From contig CAYOZJ010000005.1 of the NCBI GenBank assembly GCA_964408485.1, forward strand, positions 13,203 through 77,202: a stretch of 64,000 nucleotides of DNA, read 5' to 3'. The DNA comes from an uncultured Gammaproteobacteria bacterium (GTDB lineage: Bacteria > Patescibacteriota > Microgenomatia > Levybacterales > UBA12049). The notes beneath the pieces were generated by a model, which had not been told where the DNA came from, did not search any database, and saw only the letters and a program-made list of their open reading frames with translations. Within the stretch, counting starts at the first letter, position 1; the number at the start of each line of letters is the position of its first letter. Below, one piece after another: positions 36,387-44,028 of the stretch. Position numbers and translations under genes: made by a program.

Positions 36387-36644
36387 TTAATCCTCGCTAT
36401 AACCATCACGGAATCCCTCAACTGCTCCTACAGTAATCCCGAATCCCTCAACAACGGCACCACCAGGACCTATTAAAATACCCGCTACTAGAGCTGGGCC
36501 AACAGATATTACTGCTCCAACACCTGCACCTTTAAAACCTTCTTCTACTCCATCTAGAACTCTCTCATATTTTGTTCTTCTACCCTGACGAATTCTTGAT
36601 GGCTTTTTTATTACTTCAGTTGATCTTGGTATATCTGCACTCAT
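36387..36644 (-). CDS. Small glycine-zipper membrane orphan
   Basis: GAGVGA...G...G..G repeats. Confidence 0.55.
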   Translation of the reverse strand: MSADIPRSTEVIKKPSRIRQGRRTKYERVLDGVEEGFKGAGVGAVISVGPALVAGILIGPGGAVVEGFGITVGAVEGFRDGYSED

Positions 36645-36691
36645 AAAGCTAATATAAATTTTGAAATTATTTGAGGTTTTATCGAATCTAG

Positions 36692-36946
36692 TTATCTAAC
36701 ACGTATGTCGCGTCCGCCTGTAATTTTTCTTATTGAGTGTTCTGTTTGAGCTACTAAATCAGGACGACCTCTTCTTCTTTCTATTGCTGCAAGCCATTGA
36801 TTATCACCTATTATAGCTAACTCAGATCCTGACAAACCCGAACCAGGATTACGTTCTTCAAGGATTCGATGATATCGTGCAAGAGATTCGCTAGTTCCTG
36901 CAAGCTTTTTTCTTAACGAAGCTGCTTCCTCAGTATCTACTCCCAT
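36692..36946 (-). CDS. Small helical orphan
   Basis: ATG 36946 preceded by a -10-like TACTAT/TATTAT. Confidence 0.5.
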   Translation of the reverse strand: MGVDTEEAASLRKKLAGTSESLARYHRILEERNPGSGLSGSELAIIGDNQWLAAIERRRGRPDLVAQTEHSIRKITGGRDIRVR

Positions 36947-36977
36947 TACGAGATAATAGTACACCATTAGATAAAAA

Positions 36978-37202
36978 TCAACGTCTATTATTTCCTGGAG
37001 AATCAGGCGGTTCCTGATCTCGTCTTGTTTCTTGGTTATATATTGCCCGAGCACCTAAACCTGATATCAACATACTTCCAACAACTACTGCAGCACCAAC
37101 GAGAGGCTTATCTTTAGGAAACCCTCCGCAAATTTCTGCAGCTGTCGTAAGGACTCCTCCTGTCACCGCCCCTGCTAAAGAAAATACTGTTCGTTCTGCC
37201 AT
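36978..37202 (-). CDS. Small 2-TM Gly/Ala-rich orphan
   Basis: TGATAGAAT upstream of ATG. Confidence 0.5.
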   Translation of the reverse strand: MAERTVFSLAGAVTGGVLTTAAEICGGFPKDKPLVGAAVVVGSMLISGLGARAIYNQETRRDQEPPDSPGNNRR

Positions 37203-37238
37203 TAAACAATTCTATCAAAAAATATCCTATATAACAAT

Positions 37239-38516
37239 CTATTTTCTTCTGAAGAATATAACTAAGGACACAAGAAGTAAGTAATACCCAAGTGTAAAAA
37301 ATATCGGGAGACTGTTGATTTGCACAAGGACTGCATGACCTGCAAAAAATGCGGTAATAGATTGTAAGTACCAAAGAAGTGGAATACACATCCATACAAT
37401 AAGTCTGCCAAGAGGCTCAAGAATTAATCCTATGACTATTCCCACTCCTCCAATAATCATAATAAGCGGAATTGTCCAAAGTACAAGCACATTAGCAAGA
37501 ATAGAAAGCAAAGAATATTGTCCAAAGGTCGCGAGGATAATGGGCAGAGTTGCAGCTTGCGCTGCAAGTGTTGTTGAGAGGTCATCTCCAAGAATTGAAT
37601 GATTAAATAGGCTCGATTTTAGCACTAATATACCCGCAGTTGCTAAAATAGATAATTGAAACCCCACATCAAATAACAGCAACGGACTCCACAAAAGCAT
37701 GGTTGCACCAACAAGAAATAATATATACAACGCGCTATATTGCCTACCAAAAAGCGAGGCTGAAAAAGCAATACTTCCCATAAGTGCAGCACGTACAATA
37801 GATCCTTCAAAGCCAGAAATTGTGACGTACAGAAAAATTCCTCCAATACTTACCACAATCGCCCACTGCCTTTTTAAGAAAGCGCCAAGCAAGCTAATAA
37901 GAAATCCTGCAACAAGTGTTACATTCATTCCAGACGCTGCAACGATGTGTGAAAGTCCAGTGATACGAAATGATCTAGTTATTTGATCTGTTAGTAAACT
38001 TTTGATACCGAAAATAATACCAACGAGTAGGCCAGAGTATGGTTGTGAAAAATTATTTTCACAAAAATCAATTATTTTCTGGCGAAGAGGAGTGAAAAGT
38101 GGTAAAAAACCACTATTTTTAGCCTTAATTTGAGGGTTTTGGATTGTCAGGACAGTCCTTTCATTCTTTAGCAGACTATCAAATAGAGTGCTTGCCACGT
38201 ATAAATGCCCCTCGGGAGTGCGAGGCTGTAAGCCTCCAGACCGAGGTAAATTTTGTATGTGGCCATTTACCTCTAGTGTCTGTCCATACGAAAAGGATTC
38301 ATCACTATTTGTTTTTACTAAAACTTTTGTACTATGCCAAAAGTCTCCAACAGATAGAAAAAACTGTTGACTATTCCCTACCACTTTTGGGTCCTCTAAA
38401 AGAGTAGTAGTAAAAGAAACTTCCTTGTCTGTTGGAAAAGAAAACGGAGTCAAATAAAAAAGCCCAAGACGAAGAAATAAAAAAAGCGTAGTAAAAACAA
38501 TGAAAAATCTATACAT
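37239..38516 (-). CDS. comEC: ComEC/Rec2 competence membrane protein with in-frame hairpin insertion 38210-38246
   Basis: TGLSHIVAASGMNV, S.VRAALM, DVGFQLS..AT.GI. Confidence 0.92.
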   Translation of the reverse strand: MYRFFIVFTTLFLFLRLGLFYLTPFSFPTDKEVSFTTTLLEDPKVVGNSQQFFLSVGDFWHSTKVLVKTNSDESFSYGQTLEVNGHIQNLPRSGGLQPRTPEGHLYVASTLFDSLLKNERTVLTIQNPQIKAKNSGFLPLFTPLRQKIIDFCENNFSQPYSGLLVGIIFGIKSLLTDQITRSFRITGLSHIVAASGMNVTLVAGFLISLLGAFLKRQWAIVVSIGGIFLYVTISGFEGSIVRAALMGSIAFSASLFGRQYSALYILFLVGATMLLWSPLLLFDVGFQLSILATAGILVLKSSLFNHSILGDDLSTTLAAQAATLPIILATFGQYSLLSILANVLVLWTIPLIMIIGGVGIVIGLILEPLGRLIVWMCIPLLWYLQSITAFFAGHAVLVQINSLPIFFTLGYYLLLVSLVIFFRRK

Positions 38517-38583
38517 AATAATTGCTAAATTGTTAAATTCTTAAGAAGCTTATAGCAATAAAACAATTTAATAATTTAAGAAT

Positions 38584-39231
38584 TTAGTATACCGTTATCT
38601 TGTCTTTTATTTTTGCAAAGACGCTATTTGTCACAACCTTTTTTGCTGTTAAATCTTCAATAGCTCCATACGGGCGTCCTGAAATAATTTTTTGCGCAGT
38701 TACCGGACCAATACCCGGAAGACTATCTAATTGCGATTCTGAAGCTGAATTAATGTTTATCAAACCTGTCTGGGCACCCAAAACACTGGATTCCCCTGCA
38801 TTATTCATGCTGCTTACTGCATTTTGCTGGACTTCCCCAACTTTCGGCACATAGATTTTCACTCCATCTGCCAACTTTGCTGCTAAATTAAGTGATTTTG
38901 TTACAACTGCTCTATCTGCATCGCTAGAAAGTCCTCCTGCGGCAATAAGCCCGTCCTGAACCCTGGCATCTCGAGGCAACTTATACACCCCAGGCTTTAC
39001 TACTGCTCCTTCCACATCTACTTGCATTGTCAAAAGAGGGGTAGAGCTTATGGCAGAAGAGCTTGTCTTAGTAGATATTTCCTGTGAAGTAGCCTGCTTT
39101 TCAGAATGTAGCAACTGTATCAAACCAATGCTAAAAAATATCAAACCACCAAGAAAGAGTACTATTGGAAGATAATATGACTTAGGAATATTCCTAAGAA
39201 AATCAAACAGTTTTTCAGACAACTGCTCCAT
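38584..39231 (-). CDS. comEA: ComEA DNA receptor (SLBB plus HhH)
   Basis: VDVEGAV.KPGVY, AAGG, LNLA.KL.DG, ININSAS..QLDSLPGIGP.TAQKII. Confidence 0.92.
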   Translation of the reverse strand: MEQLSEKLFDFLRNIPKSYYLPIVLFLGGLIFFSIGLIQLLHSEKQATSQEISTKTSSSAISSTPLLTMQVDVEGAVVKPGVYKLPRDARVQDGLIAAGGLSSDADRAVVTKSLNLAAKLADGVKIYVPKVGEVQQNAVSSMNNAGESSVLGAQTGLININSASESQLDSLPGIGPVTAQKIISGRPYGAIEDLTAKKVVTNSVFAKIKDKITVY

Positions 39232-39345
39232 GGAAATAGCGTAAAGGGTAAAGCGTTAAGGGTCAAGAGAGAAAAACGAAAAATGTCAAATAGGATATGA
39301 GAATGTATAAAAGTTAAGAATTTTTATAGACATCGAGGTTTAGAT

Positions 39346-39591
39346 TTAAGAGTTAGGACTCCTCCCTTGTTTTGCGGAGACTCTTCTCTGTTTTCTCTCA
39401 ACTTTTATACCCGTAGATAATCTCAATTCTTGTAATGTGTTCCATATAGAATCAAGTGCAGCATCAAATAGAATATCGTCTGGGATAGTAGGATCATTCA
39501 AAATGCGCCTACTACGGGCAAGTTGTCTTCTAATCGTTCTTAAATCTTTTACTGCTTCTTTTTCCCAAGGAGATGGTTCTGATGATGACAT
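39346..39591 (-). CDS. Cassette gene 4 of the leuS-end array (paralogue of 40087-40308)
   Basis: Helical 81 aa; TTGAAA...TAGGAT-N6-ATG. Confidence 0.6.
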   Translation of the reverse strand: MSSSEPSPWEKEAVKDLRTIRRQLARSRRILNDPTIPDDILFDAALDSIWNTLQELRLSTGIKVERKQRRVSAKQGRSPNS

Positions 39592-39622
39592 ATAGGCATC
39601 CTACTGTTTTAAAAAATAAATT

Positions 39623-39666
39623 TCAACAAACAAAATTAACTATTTTCCCAGGCACGTAGGATACCT
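39623..39666 (-). repeat. leuS 3'-end copy (YVPGKIVNFVC*)
   Basis: 39630-39659 is identical (30 bp) to 40640-40669. Confidence 0.9.
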
Positions 39667-39939
39667 CTAAGAATTTTGATAAAAACTCCTTCCACTTGGC
39701 AATATTATCTTCTTCTTACCTGTCTGAAGATCTGTTTCAACAACTGTTATTCCATTTGTTCCATATAAACGCGTAGTACGCTTCTGGTCTGTTGTTATCG
39801 CATGGAAAATAACATCCCCGTGACTATTAGATTCCACCTCGTGCATAACTTTTTTGCCATTTATAGAAATTGCTCTTCTCTTGCGGCGATCATCAACTAG
39901 TTTCCAGAGCTCTAAGGGCTTTCTTGGTAATTCTGACAT
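39667..39939 (-). CDS. Cassette gene 3 of the leuS-end array
   Basis: 90-aa beta-rich ORF. Confidence 0.6.
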   Translation of the reverse strand: MSELPRKPLELWKLVDDRRKRRAISINGKKVMHEVESNSHGDVIFHAITTDQKRTTRLYGTNGITVVETDLQTGKKKIILPSGRSFYQNS

Positions 39940-39996
39940 CTTGTCATTAAAGCATTTTTACCTGAGGAGGTCAAAGGTAAATGAAGCTAAAAAGTC

Positions 39997-40035
39997 TTAG
40001 ATGACAAAATTCAAAATCTTTCCAGGCACGTAGAT
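39997..40035 (-). repeat. leuS 3'-end copy (IYVPGKILNFVI*)
   Basis: atctacgtgcctggaaagattttgaattttgtcatctaa, with synonymous and conservative changes relative to leuS. Confidence 0.88.
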
Positions 40036-40086
40036 GAATCTAGAAAAAACCTTTCATTCCCTTCCTATGCTTTTCCACTTCTTTTC

Positions 40087-40308
40087 TTAGGAGGGATTGA
40101 ACGTCTTCCTTGTAGCTCTATACCTTATACCTATACGTATACTGTTTTCCCATATTGGATGAGAAAGAAGTCTTATCGCAGCACCAAGCTGCTCATCTAC
40201 ATTAGCTTTAGGGTTGTTTAATGTATCCCTATCCTCAGCAATTTCGCTTCGTACATCTGCTAGTTGTTCTTCTAGGGTTTTCTTAGAATGGGTTTGTTCT
40301 GTTGTCAT
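40087..40308 (-). CDS. Cassette gene 2 of the leuS-end array
   Basis: 73 aa; upstream region similar to that of 39591. Confidence 0.6.
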   Translation of the reverse strand: MTTEQTHSKKTLEEQLADVRSEIAEDRDTLNNPKANVDEQLGAAIRLLSHPIWENSIRIGIRYRATRKTFNPS

Positions 40309-40340
40309 GCTTGCAATACTAATGTTTTAAGGAATAATTT

Positions 40341-40364
40341 TCAATACACAAAATTGAGAATTTC
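40341..40364 (-). repeat. Short leuS 3'-end copy (ILNFVY*)
   Basis: attctcaattttgtgtattga. Confidence 0.6.
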
Positions 40365-40382
40365 TCTATAAAAATGAAGAAG

Positions 40383-40601
40383 TTACTTATTTTTGAGTAA
40401 ATCTATCGTAATTCTCTTGCGAGGTGTTATTGTTATGTCAGACACAACTCTTCCCGTACTTGTCCTTCTTCTGTGTATAACACTATGTGTTCCATCTGAA
40501 TAGAATATCCACCGATCTCCGTTATCATATTGTCCAGTAGCCACCTGATGTACTTTTTTTGAGGCCTCTTGGTGGCTATTTATATCTTCTTGCGACATCA
40601 T
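40383..40601 (-). CDS. Cassette gene 1 of the leuS-end array
   Basis: 72 aa; TTGATC overlapping the leuS stop, N17, TATACT. Confidence 0.6.
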   Translation of the reverse strand: MMSQEDINSHQEASKKVHQVATGQYDNGDRWIFYSDGTHSVIHRRRTSTGRVVSDITITPRKRITIDLLKNK

Positions 40602-40629
40602 GCAAGTATAACTTAAGTAAAGGATAAGA

Positions 40630-43317
40630 TCAAAATACTACAAAATTAACTATTTTCCCAGGCACGTAGATAACTTTTCTTACTGTCTTTCCTTCTAAAT
40701 GAGCTTTTACTTTCCCTGATGCCTGTGCTGCTTGTTCTATATCAGATTGCTTCGCATCGCTCGCAATGACGAGAGTGTCGCGGAGTTTTCCATTAATTTG
40801 GACCGCGACCGTAACTGTATCAGAAACTATCAAACTATCATCGTGGCTAGGCCACTTCTCCTGATGAATTGACGTAAATGCCTCATCTCCAGCCTCACTA
40901 TCAGTAAGCTTATTCAACTGCCAAAGCTCTTCTGTTATATGCGGAGCAAACGGGGACAAGATAATCAGAAAATTCTTGAATTCTTCCTCCATAATTTGAG
41001 GCTTAGCATCTAAATAATTAAGCCACTTCATCATTGCTGCAACAGCTGTATTATTTTTTATATCTGCAATGTCTTCCCCAACCTTTTTTATGGCTGTATG
41101 CATCTGAAAGAGATCTTCTCTTGTCATTCCATTTATTGCCTGAGCTTGTCGAAGGCCCTCCCCGACCAAACCTTTCGATTCGCTTCGCTCACTCAGGGAA
41201 GAATTAACAACCCTTGGATACAAGTCCCAAACACGCTTGAGGAAGCGAAACATCCCGTACATTGCTGTTGTTGACCATGGCCCTGTTGCCTGGTACGGCA
41301 TCATAAAAGATAAATAGACACGCACAGCATCTGTACCAAACTCTTTAACAACATCATCCGGATTGATCACATTACCCTTGGACTTACTCATCTTATTGCC
41401 ATCTGGACCCAAAACAATGCCATGCTGAACACGCTTAAGGGCAAATTCATCAAAGTCCACCATACCTAGGTCTTTAAAGAATTTTGTGAAAAATCGTGCG
41501 TAAAGAGTGTGTCCCAAGGTATGCTCTCCCCCTCCAAAATAAATATCTAAAGGCATAAGCTTCGCAACCTCTTTAGGATCAAATGGACCTTTTGTGTACT
41601 GAGGATCAACATATCGGTAGTAATACCAAGCACTATCGAAAAATGTGTCTAATGTCTCTGGATCACGCTTTGCCTCACGTCCACATTTTGGACAAGCTAC
41701 TTTTAGCCACTCGCTATTACTTTCCAAAGGCGCTTTTCCTTTTGGCTGATAATCAACATCGTAGGGAAGATTTACTGGTAAATCTTTTAATGGTACCGGA
41801 ACCATTCCATCTATATCGCAATATATCATTGGAACGGGTGTTCCCCAATATCTTTGGCGACTAACAGACCAATCTCGAAGATGATATTGAATTTTTCTCT
41901 TACCAATGCCTTTCTGCTCTATCTGTTGAGTCATCTTTTCTTTTGCATCCTTACTGCTTAAAGCATTGAATTCTCCTGAATTAAATAATTCTGATTTCTC
42001 TTTATATGTTGTTTTTATTTCTGAATAGCTCCAGAATCCTTCTTCTTCTACTTTGGCACCATCTTCTGTTGGTTTAACTACAAATGTAATTGGTAAATTA
42101 AATTTTTCCGCGAATTCATGATCACGCTCATCATGACCAGGAACACCCATAACTGCACCTGTTCCATAGTTCATTAAAACGTAATCCGCAACCCAAACAG
42201 GAACTTCTTCATTAGTAAAGGGATTAATGACATACCCACCTGTAAAAACACCTGTTTTATCTTTTGTTTCAATGAGTCTATCACGCTCTGTCTTTTCTGA
42301 AGCGTCTTTAACATAGGCTTGAACTTCTTTTTTTATCGTGTCGTCCTTAACTTGTTTTAGAATCTCGTCAACTAATGGATTCTCAGGCGCTAAGACAACG
42401 AAGGAAACGCCAAAAATAGTATCCAGGGCTGTGGTAAATACTTCAATTTTGAATTTTGAATTTTGAATTTTGAATTCGAGCTGAACGCCTTCAGATCGTC
42501 CTATCCAATCATTTTGCGCTGTCATGACGGATTTTGGCCAGTCTACCCCATTACCATCTTTATTCCATAAAAGTTGTTCTGCATAGTCTGTAATGCGTAA
42601 AAACCACTGCTCTACTTCCTTTTGCACAACGGTATCGCCACATCTCCAGCATTTCCCATTTTCTACATGCTCATTGGCAAGGACTGTTTGGTCTGTTGGG
42701 CACCAATTGGAAAGCGTCTTGCCTCTATAAGCAATTCCTTTTTCATACATTTTTTCAAAAATCCATTGATTCCAAATATAATATTCAGGCAGACATGTTA
42801 CAGTTACATGATCCCAATCAATCATTGTACCCATGGTCTCGAATTGCATAGTCATGGTCTCTATATTCTTGAGCGTCCAGTCTTGTGGGTGAATATTACG
42901 CTTGATTGCTGCGTTTTCTGCAGGAAGACCGAAAGCATCGTATCCCATGGGGAAGAAAACATTATAACCTTGCATACGCTTAAAACGAGAGAGCACATCT
43001 GGGGCAACGAAGGTAAACCAATGACCAATATGTAAATCTCCTGAAGGATATGGAAGCTCAACAAGCGTATAAAACTTACCCTTCGATTTCCTAGACTCAG
43101 GACTAGGTTCGCCGAACCGTCGCACTTGCTCACTCAGGGAAAATTTTTTGCCTGAGCTGTGCCGCTTCGGGGAAGCAAATACTGAGTCGAGTGTCGAAGG
43201 CTTATCGCTATTACTGTCAAACTTGTATAGCCCTGCCTCACGCCACACGTCTTGCCATTTCTTTTCTATGTCCTTTGGAAAATATTTTTTCCATTCTGAT
43301 TGCGCTTGCTTATTCAT
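40630..43317 (-). CDS. leuS: Leucine--tRNA ligase with several in-frame repeat insertions
   Basis: PYPSGDLHIGH, YDAFGLPAENAA, DWSVSRQRYWGTPVP, KMSKSKGN, QINGKLR, YVPGKIVNFV. Confidence 0.97.
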   Translation of the reverse strand: MNKQAQSEWKKYFPKDIEKKWQDVWREAGLYKFDSNSDKPSTLDSVFASPKRHSSGKKFSLSEQVRRFGEPSPESRKSKGKFYTLVELPYPSGDLHIGHWFTFVAPDVLSRFKRMQGYNVFFPMGYDAFGLPAENAAIKRNIHPQDWTLKNIETMTMQFETMGTMIDWDHVTVTCLPEYYIWNQWIFEKMYEKGIAYRGKTLSNWCPTDQTVLANEHVENGKCWRCGDTVVQKEVEQWFLRITDYAEQLLWNKDGNGVDWPKSVMTAQNDWIGRSEGVQLEFKIQNSKFKIEVFTTALDTIFGVSFVVLAPENPLVDEILKQVKDDTIKKEVQAYVKDASEKTERDRLIETKDKTGVFTGGYVINPFTNEEVPVWVADYVLMNYGTGAVMGVPGHDERDHEFAEKFNLPITFVVKPTEDGAKVEEEGFWSYSEIKTTYKEKSELFNSGEFNALSSKDAKEKMTQQIEQKGIGKRKIQYHLRDWSVSRQRYWGTPVPMIYCDIDGMVPVPLKDLPVNLPYDVDYQPKGKAPLESNSEWLKVACPKCGREAKRDPETLDTFFDSAWYYYRYVDPQYTKGPFDPKEVAKLMPLDIYFGGGEHTLGHTLYARFFTKFFKDLGMVDFDEFALKRVQHGIVLGPDGNKMSKSKGNVINPDDVVKEFGTDAVRVYLSFMMPYQATGPWSTTAMYGMFRFLKRVWDLYPRVVNSSLSERSESKGLVGEGLRQAQAINGMTREDLFQMHTAIKKVGEDIADIKNNTAVAAMMKWLNYLDAKPQIMEEEFKNFLIILSPFAPHITEELWQLNKLTDSEAGDEAFTSIHQEKWPSHDDSLIVSDTVTVAVQINGKLRDTLVIASDAKQSDIEQAAQASGKVKAHLEGKTVRKVIYVPGKIVNFVVF

Positions 43318-43318
43318 A

Positions 43319-43747
43319 TTATTTCCACAAAGAGAATTTCTTCGTTAGTTCACGAGCCTGTGCATCGGGTGCAAAAAAACAAATACCATAATACTCCAAC
43401 TCAGCCTCAGGCGTCTCGCTTGTTCGTTTCTTTTGATCAGCAAATGTCCCAACGGTCATAGTACTGGTGAAATCGTTAAAAATCACTCCCACCTCTTGCA
43501 AGTTATTTCGTAACGTTCTAATCTGATTAGAATTGTCTGAGGATAAAACAATAAACGGATTATCTGAAATGCTTGGATGAACTCCACCATCTTTATCTGT
43601 GTAATTATCAAAACGCATTGCTTCCTTATCAGGATTAAAGGCAGATAATCCTGCTGCCATATGAGCAACAGCATTCATAACACTTCCTACAGGTATTTTT
43701 TTATTTAAAACAGCTACAAATCTGTATGTTGTTGGTTCTGTATTCAT
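43319..43747 (-). CDS. DUF2000 family protein (peptidyl-tRNA hydrolase II-like fold)
   Basis: FVAVL.K....G..MNA.AH.A.GL, Y.D.DG..H..IS..P..VL, LEY.G...F. Confidence 0.75.
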   Translation of the reverse strand: MNTEPTTYRFVAVLNKKIPVGSVMNAVAHMAAGLSAFNPDKEAMRFDNYTDKDGGVHPSISDNPFIVLSSDNSNQIRTLRNNLQEVGVIFNDFTSTMTVGTFADQKKRTSETPEAELEYYGICFFAPDAQARELTKKFSLWK

Positions 43748-43766
43748 ATTTTTAGTATATCACCCA

Positions 43767-43818
43767 TGTCATTCTGAGTGAAACGAAGAATATATCCTTC
43801 ACTCCGTTCAGGATGACA
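43767..43818. repeat. TGTCAT...ATGACA palindromic element between attenuator and DUF2000
   Basis: tgtcattctgagtgaaacgaaga..tccttcactccgttcaggatgaca. Confidence 0.85.
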
Positions 43819-43844
43819 AAATAAAAAACTCCCTTTCGGGAGTT
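43818..43844 (-). terminator. Attenuator terminator (aactccc-GAAA-gggagtt plus U-tract)
   Basis: Perfect 7-bp stem, GNRA loop, followed by ttttatttt. Confidence 0.85.
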
Positions 43845-43870
43845 CAATTAAAAAATTACTCCCACACAAA

Positions 43871-43942
43871 CTACTCCTCAAGAAGGAGTGCTGTTGTGAG
43901 AAGCCCTTCGACTACGCTCAGGGTAAAAAGTTTTATTGTCAT
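43871..43942 (-). CDS. Leu-rich leader peptide MTIKLFTLSVVEGLLTTALLLEE*
   Basis: Leaderless ATG after TTGACA (43978-43973), N18, TATAAT (43954-43949); 7 Leu codons including CTC-CTT-CTT. Confidence 0.75.
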   Translation of the reverse strand: MTIKLFTLSVVEGLLTTALLLEE

Positions 43943-44028
43943 GAAAGAATTATATGCCTGAAGGAAATGATATGTCAAGCAATTTTCTCCCCCTTGAAGC
44001 AATCCTTCACTTCTTTTACTATTGTTAT

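Noticed and set aside
39346-40669. CRISPR array or classical integron
   Set aside because: The repeats are leuS coding ends, the spacers are ~300-bp genes, and no cas, intI or attC palindromes are visible.
43745-43980. T-box riboswitch for leuS
   Set aside because: No AGGGTGGNACCGCG T-box motif or stem I; leader-peptide attenuation fits better.
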